Source: an uncultured Acidobacteriota bacterium
GTDB taxonomy: Bacteria; Acidobacteriota; Polarisedimenticolia; Polarisedimenticolales; DASRJG01
DNA: 64,000 bases
Reading direction: 5' to 3'
NCBI GenBank assembly: GCA_964511835.1
Contig: CAZEII010000012.1
Location: 17,569-81,568, forward strand
Below are positions 56,171 through 64,000 of the stretch, one piece after another. Numbering within the stretch: position 1 is the first letter of the stretch; each line of letters opens with the position of its first letter. Under the pieces are notes generated by a model that saw nothing but the letters and a program-made list of their open reading frames with translations, did no database searches and was not told the origin of the DNA. Position numbers and translations under genes: made by a program.

Positions 56171-57526
56171 CTAGCTGGTTTCGACGACGAGCTTGTCTCC
56201 CTTGACCTTGATGCGGAGCGTCGTCTCACCCGCGCGGGGAAGCTCGATGGCGGAGACACCGGAGACGTACGTCGAGCCGTCTTCCGCGGTCAGCTTGGCG
56301 CTGATCCTGTGGCTTCCGGCGGTCACCTGGACGGGATCCCATGTCGTCGTCTGTGCGATCGCGAGGCGCGCCTTGGAGAAACGCTCGTTGAAGATCGCGC
56401 GCCCGTCGAGGGTGACGGCGAGCGTCCCGTTGCGAACTCGATGGGTCAGGCTGATCGTGAGCTTGGCCGTGGGCACCGGAGCCTTCACCGCGCTCACGGG
56501 AGGCTTCGGCTTGATTGCCGGAACCGGAGCGTGGACGGCGGCGGAGACGGGAGGCGTCTTCGACGAGATCAGCTCGCGGCCCGAATACGCCGCGAGCGCA
56601 GCGACCATCACCAGCACAGCCCCAGCGAATGTCCACGGCGTCCGGTTCGAACGGCGCCTGGACACGGCGCGCGCGGGACGACGGGTCGGTCCCGCTTCGT
56701 TCAGGCATCGAACGACGGCCTCATGGAACACGCTTCCGCTCCGGAAGCGGTCGTCGGGATCCTTCGCCATCATCAGCGCGAAGACGCGGTCGAGCGACGG
56801 GGGCAGCTGGGTGTTGGCGACGCTGATCCGCACCGGATCCTCATGAGAGATCGCGTAGGCGATCGCCATCAGGTCCGTTCCTCCAAACGGCTTCTTGCCG
56901 GTGAGAACTTCGTAGCTCAGCACGCCCAGAGAGAACAAGTCGGCTCTGGCGTCGAGCGGCCGCCCGTTGACCTGTTCGGGAGACATGTAGGCCGGGGTCC
57001 CGAGCTTCGACAGATCCTGGGTCAAAGACGATGAGGCGATCTGCGTGATGCCGAAGTCGACGATCTTCGCCGTGCCGCGTTCCGTGAACAGGATGTTCGA
57101 GGGCTTGACGTCCCGATGGACGATCTGCCGCTCGTGCGCGGCGTCCAAGCCGGAAGCGATCTGGCCGATGATCTCGACGGACCTGTCGATCGTGAGGGTC
57201 GCCTCTTCGATCATGCGCTCGAGGCTGGGACCGGAGAGATACTCCATGACGATGTAGAGCTCTCCGCTCTCCTTGTCGTCCCCGACGTCGAAGATGCGAA
57301 CGATGTGCGGGTGGTCGATGCCGCCCGCGGCCTGCGCTTCGCGCCGGAACCTCTCGCGCGCGACGAAGAGCCGCTCGGGCTCGAGCCCCATGCCGGCATG
57401 GAGGACCTTGACGGCGACGACGCGGTGGATGAGCGGATCCTCGGCGCGATAGACGACGCCCATCGCTCCCCGGCCGATCGGCTCCAGGAGCAGATACCGC
57501 CCGATTTTCCGATCGGTCGTCGGCAC
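56171..57526 (-). CDS. Ser/Thr kinase with TM and C-terminal PEGA-like domain
   Basis: GRGAMGVVY, HRDVKPSN, DFG, YMSPEQ, TM FAGAVLVMVAALAAY; GTG start inferred. Confidence 0.92.
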   Translation of the reverse strand: MPTTDRKIGRYLLLEPIGRGAMGVVYRAEDPLIHRVVAVKVLHAGMGLEPERLFVARERFRREAQAAGGIDHPHIVRIFDVGDDKESGELYIVMEYLSGPSLERMIEEATLTIDRSVEIIGQIASGLDAAHERQIVHRDVKPSNILFTERGTAKIVDFGITQIASSSLTQDLSKLGTPAYMSPEQVNGRPLDARADLFSLGVLSYEVLTGKKPFGGTDLMAIAYAISHEDPVRISVANTQLPPSLDRVFALMMAKDPDDRFRSGSVFHEAVVRCLNEAGPTRRPARAVSRRRSNRTPWTFAGAVLVMVAALAAYSGRELISSKTPPVSAAVHAPVPAIKPKPPVSAVKAPVPTAKLTISLTHRVRNGTLAVTLDGRAIFNERFSKARLAIAQTTTWDPVQVTAGSHRISAKLTAEDGSTYVSGVSAIELPRAGETTLRIKVKGDKLVVETS

Positions 57527-57626
57527 GTCACCCGCGTCTCCCAACGGTCCCAGGATGAATATGGGCGCGCGAGGGCAAACGCCCAGTCCACGCGCTGGAG
57601 GCGTTCTAACTCGTTGCAATCCCGTG

Positions 57627-58271
57627 CTAACGCCCGAGTCGCTCGAGCCGATACGCCAGCTCCGGGCCGCCCTTCCCCTCGTACGCCAATCGGGCGACGA
57701 GCAGCGCGAACGGCTCCGTATAGCGTGCGACCCGCAACGGCCCGGCGTCGACGGGCTCGAACCCGACGTCGGCGATCAGCTCGGCGACCGTCTTCTTGCT
57801 CCGCGCGTCGTCTCCGCAGTAGACCAAGCTGGGCCTCCGGGCCTTGCGCCGGGACGCGAACACGTCGAAGAGCACTTCGCTGGGCACCGTGTTGAACGCG
57901 CAGACGACGCGAGCTTTGGGAACTCTCCTTGCGAGCGCCTCGGCGCCCGAGGACGAGTGCGCGACGACCAGCTCGGTATCGTCGTCGTTCATCGGTAGCG
58001 AGCACGTGACGATGACCTTGCCCGACGGGTCGCCGGCCTGGCTGAAGACGTCTTCCAGTCGCGACCAGTGAACGGCCAGGAGAACCGCATCAGCGCCCTG
58101 CACCGCTTCCGCGGGCGTTCCGGCCCTCGCGTTCTTGCCGGCCTCTCGCGCGAGCCGCTTCAAGGTCTCCCGGCTGCGCGAGTAGCTGAAGACCACCTCA
58201 TGCCCCGCGCGCGCAAAGAGCGTCCCGAGCTTGCCGCCCATCAGCCCCGAACCGAGAATGCCGACGCGCAT
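57627..58271 (-). CDS. NADPH-dependent F420-reductase-family oxidoreductase
   Basis: ILGSGLMG, VLLAVHW, VVCAFNT, GFEPVDAGPL. Confidence 0.88.
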   Translation of the reverse strand: MRVGILGSGLMGGKLGTLFARAGHEVVFSYSRSRETLKRLAREAGKNARAGTPAEAVQGADAVLLAVHWSRLEDVFSQAGDPSGKVIVTCSLPMNDDDTELVVAHSSSGAEALARRVPKARVVCAFNTVPSEVLFDVFASRRKARRPSLVYCGDDARSKKTVAELIADVGFEPVDAGPLRVARYTEPFALLVARLAYEGKGGPELAYRLERLGR

Positions 58272-58288
58272 CCTGATCCTCCCGCGAC

Positions 58289-59287
<999 letters not shown>

Positions 59288-59818
59288 TCAGTCGTCGCCG
59301 AGGGAGATGACGATGTGGGTCACCGAGTCCCAAGCATTGTGGATCCCGACGAGCAGCAACGCGAGCGCCGCAGCGCCGATCATCAAAACCGCAAGCCCCG
59401 TGGCGACGCTCAAAAGGAGTCCGGCCAACGCAAGTCCCGCGTAAGCACCGCACGGCAACGTCGTGTACCAAAGCCAGTCTTCCCAGACCGGTCTGTAGTC
59501 CCCCTGGCGCCGGGTGCGGCGGATCACGACGACGCCGTAGCCAAGCCCCGCGAAGCCCGACACCGCAATCGACGTCGCGAGGGGACCCAGCGACGGCCAA
59601 GGAACCGTCATCAGAGCGGAGACGAGCAGTGCGGCGCCCAATTGGACGACGTTCGGCGTCGAGAAGGCGTGGATGGCGTCGGCCGTAGGGCGCTTCCGGC
59701 GGGTGGCGACGAGCGTGATCACGACGAATTGAATGCCGATGAGCGCCGCCGCAGACGAGCCCAGGATGACGTAGAAGTTGGCCCAGACAGAGAGGTTCGA
59801 GATCGCGAACTCCGTCAT
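59288..59818 (-). CDS. Multi-pass membrane hypothetical protein
   Basis: WANFYVILGSSAAALIG, WEDWLWY, GIHNAWD; several TMs. Confidence 0.78.
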   Translation of the reverse strand: MTEFAISNLSVWANFYVILGSSAAALIGIQFVVITLVATRRKRPTADAIHAFSTPNVVQLGAALLVSALMTVPWPSLGPLATSIAVSGFAGLGYGVVVIRRTRRQGDYRPVWEDWLWYTTLPCGAYAGLALAGLLLSVATGLAVLMIGAAALALLLVGIHNAWDSVTHIVISLGDD

Positions 59819-59888
59819 GAGGGGTCCCGAGCTGTATTCAACTCCGAACGGGGAGCCAACCGCAAGGCCGTACAATGGCGCTCCGCCG

Positions 59889-60887
59889 ATGATCGCTCCC
59901 GTCCTCGCCGCCGTCGCCGTCCTCGCCGCCGAGCCTCGCGTGCTCCGCTACGTACCGAAGCACGAAGAGTTGAAGTACACCTTCGGAGGGGTGGCGCCCA
60001 CCCACCACATCCCGCCCGGTACCCGGATCGTCTCATGGACCGAGGACTGCTTCGACGGCGCCCTCAACAAGCCGGGACAGAAGCCGGGGGAGGTGCTCAA
60101 GCCCGGCCACGACAACCCGCAAACCGGGCCGTTCTACGTGGACGGTGCCGAGCCCGGCGACACGCTGGCGGTGCGGATCGAAAAGCTCGAGCCCGCCCGC
60201 GAGTACGGCGTCTCCGTCGCCTTCCCGGGCTTCGGCGCGCTGAAGGGGACCGACCGAACCGCGATGCTCGGGCCCGACCTCCCGGAAACCGTCTGGTTCT
60301 ACACGGTCGATCGCGCGAAGGGGGTCGCGCGCACCCGCTCGCAGGACGGCACGCTCGCCTGGGAGGTTCCCTTGGCGCCGTTCCTCGGCTGCCTCGGCGT
60401 CTCTCCCGCGTACGGCGAGGCGCGCTCGACGATCGTTCCCGATTCGTTCGGCGGCAACATGGACTGCCCCGAGGTGCGCGCCGGCAACACCATCTACCTC
60501 GGGGTACGCGTTCCCGGCGGCCTCCTCTCCTTCGGCGACGGCCACTACGCCATGGGAGACGGCGAGATCATGGGGACAGCGATCGAAGGCGCCATGAACG
60601 TCGAGCTGACGGTGGATCTGATCAAACACAAGGACACGGCCTGGCCCCGCATCGAGAATGCCGAGTGGATCATGACGGTCGGCGCCGCGCGCCCGCTCGA
60701 GGACGCAGCGCGAATCGCCTTCAAGGAGATGGTGCGCTGGGTCCAGGAGAAGACGGGCTTGAGCGAGATGGACGCCTACGAGTTCGTCTCGCAGAACGCG
60801 AAGGCGCCGATCACCGAGATCGTCGATCCGGAATACACGGTGACCGTGAAGATCCCGAAGAGCCGCCTCCCGTCGACGAAGCCCTGA
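59889..60887 (+). CDS. Acetamidase/formamidase family protein
   Basis: TGPFYVDGAEPGDTL, PFLGCLGV, FGGNMD, SFGDGHYAMGDGE. Confidence 0.92.
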   Translation: MIAPVLAAVAVLAAEPRVLRYVPKHEELKYTFGGVAPTHHIPPGTRIVSWTEDCFDGALNKPGQKPGEVLKPGHDNPQTGPFYVDGAEPGDTLAVRIEKLEPAREYGVSVAFPGFGALKGTDRTAMLGPDLPETVWFYTVDRAKGVARTRSQDGTLAWEVPLAPFLGCLGVSPAYGEARSTIVPDSFGGNMDCPEVRAGNTIYLGVRVPGGLLSFGDGHYAMGDGEIMGTAIEGAMNVELTVDLIKHKDTAWPRIENAEWIMTVGAARPLEDAARIAFKEMVRWVQEKTGLSEMDAYEFVSQNAKAPITEIVDPEYTVTVKIPKSRLPSTKP

Positions 60888-60894
60888 GGATCCG

Positions 60895-61278
60895 TCAGCG
60901 GCCCCGCGGCTCGTCGCTCGCCCTGCGTTCGCCGAGAAACAGCGTCAGCGCCCATGCGACGAGTGAGACGACGATCGCACCGAGGAACGCCGCGCCGAAT
61001 CCTTCGACCTGGAAGCCGAGACCGAGCCGGGTCGACAGCCAACCGGTGAACCAGAGCATCAGCGCGTTGATGACGAGCAGAAAGATCCCGAGGGTCAGCA
61101 GCACCGCCGGGAGGCTGAGCAGCGTCACGATCGGTTTGACGATCGTGTTGACGACGCCGAACACCAGCGCCACGGCGAGCAGGAGAACCGGGTTCCCCTG
61201 GAACGAGATGCCGGGGATGAATCGCACCGCCACCCAGAGCGCGGCGGCGTTGACGAGCAGTCGGACGAGCAGGCGCAT
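60895..61278 (-). CDS. 4-TM phage-holin-family (YvlD-like) membrane protein
   Basis: GVVNTIVKPI, LTLGIFLLVINA, AFLGAIVVS; GGAGG RBS. Confidence 0.88.
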   Translation of the reverse strand: MRLLVRLLVNAAALWVAVRFIPGISFQGNPVLLLAVALVFGVVNTIVKPIVTLLSLPAVLLTLGIFLLVINALMLWFTGWLSTRLGLGFQVEGFGAAFLGAIVVSLVAWALTLFLGERRASDEPRGR

Positions 61279-61354
61279 GGTCGACCTCCTGGATGCGCGC
61301 ACTTTAGCGTAACGTTCCTGTAAGCTCCGTGCCGTCTTCGCACAAGGGGGGCTC

Positions 61355-61777
61355 ATGAACGCAACCGTGAGGGGGATTCTGGCCGTCCTCGCCGGCTTCG
61401 TCGTCGCCAGCGCCATCATGCTGATCGTCGAGTCCATCAATGGCTCGGTGCTCTATCCGGACCTGGCCAAGCAGGCTCAGGGTGTGACCGACCGCGAGGA
61501 GATTCGGAGGATTTTCGCCACCGCGCCGACGGGGTCGCTGCTCGTGGTGCTGTTCGGGTGGGCCTTGGGAAGCTTCGCCGGCGGCCTTCTCGCGACGTGG
61601 ATCGGAAAGCGGCCGCCCTACCGGCACGCTCTCACCGTGGGCATCCTCGTCACACTCGGAGTGATCGCGAACAACCTCATGTTGCCGCCGCCGGCGTGGT
61701 TCTGGCTCGTCGGCGTGATCCTACCGATTCCTGCGGCGTGCGCCGGGGCGCGAGTCGCTCCTGCGGTTTCGTCCTAG
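61355..61777 (+). CDS. Membrane hypothetical protein
   Basis: Four hydrophobic segments; NNLMLPPPAWF. Confidence 0.75.
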   Translation: MNATVRGILAVLAGFVVASAIMLIVESINGSVLYPDLAKQAQGVTDREEIRRIFATAPTGSLLVVLFGWALGSFAGGLLATWIGKRPPYRHALTVGILVTLGVIANNLMLPPPAWFWLVGVILPIPAACAGARVAPAVSS

Positions 61778-61816
61778 AATCGCTGGCCGCGTCCGACTCG
61801 ACGAGGAACCTGCTTG

Positions 61817-64000
61817 TTGGCGCTGACTCCGGGTGATTGCCTCGGCCCCTACGAGATCGTCGCCCCGCTGGGGGCGGGCGGCATGGGCGAAGTGTACAAG
61901 GCGAAAGACACGCGCCTCGACCGGTTCGTCGCGGTGAAGGTGCTCCCGGGGCAGCTCGCCAGGGATCCGGATCTGCTCGCCCGCTTCGATCGCGAGGCGA
62001 AAGCCGTCGCGGCTTTGAACCACCCGAGCATCCTGGCGCTGCACGATTTCGCGAGAGAGGGGGACGTCGCTTATGCGGTCATGGAGCTGCTCGAAGGCGA
62101 GAGCCTGCGAGAGCGACTTTCGCAGGGGCCCCTCCCGCCGCGCAAGGCGGTGGAGCTCGCGATCCAGCTCGCACGCGGCCTGGCCGCCGCCCACGAGAAA
62201 GGGATCGTCCACCGCGACTTGAAGCCGGACAACCTCTGGATCATGAGCGATGGCCGATTGAAGATCCTCGACTTCGGACTCGCGAAGCAGGTCTTCCAGA
62301 AGGAAGGCCCGATGCTCTCCCAGCTCGCGACCGAGGGGTTCGGCGCGGGTGCGGCCGGCTCGACCGAGCAGGGAATGATCCTCGGCACTGTCGGCTACAT
62401 GAGCCCCGAGCAGGTGCGCGGGGAGGTGGTCGACGCGCGCACGGACATCTTCTCCTTCGGCGCGGTCCTCTACGAGATGCTGACGGGCGCCAAGGCTTTC
62501 GCGAGGAACAGCTCGAGCGAGACGCTCGCGGCAATCCTGCGCGACGATCCTCCGGCGCTCGAGGCTACCGGCCGCACGATCCCGCTGGGCCTGGAGCGCA
62601 TCATCCATCATTGTCTCGAGAAGAACCCGAGCCAGAGGTTCCGCTCGGCACACGACGTCGCGTTCGCTCTCGAGAACGTCTCGAATACGTCAGGGGTCTC
62701 GGCGGTAGCCGCCCCGAACGTAGGGAAACGAACAGCGTACGGGACGGCGGCGCTCGTCGCACTCGTCGCGGCGGCTGCCGGAGCCGGCGGCTTCATGCTG
62801 CGCGGCGGCCCGCTGGCCGAGCCGGTGTTCCACCGGCTCACGTTCGAGCAGGGAACGGTCGAGAACGCCCGCTTCGGACCGGACGGCAAGACGGTCGTCT
62901 ACAGCGCGCGCTGGAAAGGCGGACCGCCGACCCTCTACTCGATTCCCGCCGGAAGCCTCCAGGCGCAGCGGCTCAACGTGCCGAGCGCAACGCTGCTCGC
63001 CGTGTCCAAGGACAACGAGCTCGCCGTCGTGCTGTCGCCCCTTCTCACTTACGGCCTCTATCCGGGGAGCCTCGCTCGCGTCCCCGGAAGCGGCGGAGGC
63101 GCGAGAGAGATCGAAGCCAACGCCCTGGCCGCGGACTGGAACCCGCTTTCGGGGGAGCTCGCGGTCGTGACGGTTCGCCGCGCGGACTGGACCCTCGAAT
63201 CGCCGCCGGGGAAGCCGCTGCGCACGTCGGCCGGTATCGACTACGTTCGAATCTCGCGACGGGACGGCTCCCTCGCCTTTTTCGAGAACCGGTTCGGACT
63301 CGGCTGGCCTCTCCTGCCCCAGCCGGGGTCGATCGTCGTCATCGATCCCTCAGGAAAGGCGCGCGTGCTCGTGACCGAACGGCAGTGCACGGGTCTTGCG
63401 TGGTCGGCCCGCGGGGACGAGGTCTGGTTCACGGAGTGGGAAGACGGCCGGCGCACGATCCTCAACGCCGTCTCGCTGTCCGGAAACGTTCGGAAGATCT
63501 GGAGTGGACCGGGAAACGTCGCGCTCCAGGACGTCGCCGCGGACGGACGCGCTCTCTTCCAGACCAGGCAGATTCAAGACGGCGTCGTCGTCGTGGAGGA
63601 CGGGGCCGCACGCGAGCGAGACGTTTCCATTTTCGACGGGACCGTCGCCGTTGACTTCACCCCCGATCGCCGAGCCCTGCTCGTCACCGAGCGCGGCGCC
63701 GGCGGCGGCCCCAAGGGCTCGGTCTTCTTGACGCCCCTCGACGGCTCGCCTCCCGTCAAGCTCGCGGAGGGGCGCGCCGAATCGCTGACCCCCGATGGGA
63801 AGATGGTGCTGGTCGGCTCGTCGGACCGACCGGATCGCTACACGCTCGTTCCGACGGGGAGCGGCCAGGCCTCCGTCGTCGAGCTCGCGGGCATCGCTTC
63901 GAACCAAATCGGACGGTTCCTTCCCGACGGCAGGCGATTCGTCTTCCAGGGCGCGCCGGAGGGCAAGCAAATCCGTTTGTTCCTTGTTGATCCCGGAAAG
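61817..64000 (+). CDS. Ser/Thr kinase with C-terminal WD40/PD40-like beta-propeller; runs off the window end
   Basis: TTG GCG CTG... LGPYEIVAPLGAGGMGEVY, HRDLKPDN, DFGLAK, YMSPEQ, ARFGPDGKTVVY; not in the ORF track, presumably because no stop lies in the window. Confidence 0.92.
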   Translation, partial: MALTPGDCLGPYEIVAPLGAGGMGEVYKAKDTRLDRFVAVKVLPGQLARDPDLLARFDREAKAVAALNHPSILALHDFAREGDVAYAVMELLEGESLRERLSQGPLPPRKAVELAIQLARGLAAAHEKGIVHRDLKPDNLWIMSDGRLKILDFGLAKQVFQKEGPMLSQLATEGFGAGAAGSTEQGMILGTVGYMSPEQVRGEVVDARTDIFSFGAVLYEMLTGAKAFARNSSSETLAAILRDDPPALEATGRTIPLGLERIIHHCLEKNPSQRFRSAHDVAFALENVSNTSGVSAVAAPNVGKRTAYGTAALVALVAAAAGAGGFMLRGGPLAEPVFHRLTFEQGTVENARFGPDGKTVVYSARWKGGPPTLYSIPAGSLQAQRLNVPSATLLAVSKDNELAVVLSPLLTYGLYPGSLARVPGSGGGAREIEANALAADWNPLSGELAVVTVRRADWTLESPPGKPLRTSAGIDYVRISRRDGSLAFFENRFGLGWPLLPQPGSIVVIDPSGKARVLVTERQCTGLAWSARGDEVWFTEWEDGRRTILNAVSLSGNVRKIWSGPGNVALQDVAADGRALFQTRQIQDGVVVVEDGAARERDVSIFDGTVAVDFTPDRRALLVTERGAGGGPKGSVFLTPLDGSPPVKLAEGRAESLTPDGKMVLVGSSDRPDRYTLVPTGSGQASVVELAGIASNQIGRFLPDGRRFVFQGAPEGKQIRLFLVDPGK

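Noticed and set aside
60895-61278. Holin-family gene as evidence of a prophage
   Set aside because: No endolysin, structural or integrase genes nearby; YvlD-like 4-TM proteins are common chromosomal genes.

Overview
GC-rich (roughly high-60s % by eye) bacterial chromosomal segment with about 65 densely packed CDS and no rRNA, tRNA, CRISPR array or mobile element that I can support. The gene content (several Ser/Thr kinase-TPR/beta-propeller proteins, an ECF sigma-CHAT module, sortases in a diderm context, Cys-rich secreted proteins) suggests an Acidobacteriota-like organism; this is inference. The top observation is two genes with in-frame UGA codons missed by the ORF track, each followed by a hairpin whose apical loop starts 21 nt downstream, as in bacterial SECIS elements. 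One is a DedA/VTT-rhodanese fusion (YCT-UGA-PNEASAA, at the second Cys of the family's usual CxC loop). The other is a class I SAM methyltransferase (AT-UGA-VIDVGGG). Both are candidate selenoproteins. The first lies in a thiol/redox island and is transcribed divergently from a Rieske-glutaredoxin-ferredoxin:thioredoxin reductase-Rieske operon whose FTR has a CPS-for-CPC substitution. Other notable loci: (1) a translationally coupled operon of ECF sigma, zinc-finger anti-sigma-TM-TPR-CHAT protease, lipoprotein, subtilase and M48 protease; (2) an OvoA-like sulfoxide synthase paired with EgtD; (3) two sortase/substrate pairs; (4) a shared C-terminal module ending GTCP on two unrelated secreted proteins; (5) a Nal1-like protease with its prodomain-like segment at the C-terminus. 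Domain calls come from recognising motifs in the translations; no database searches were run.
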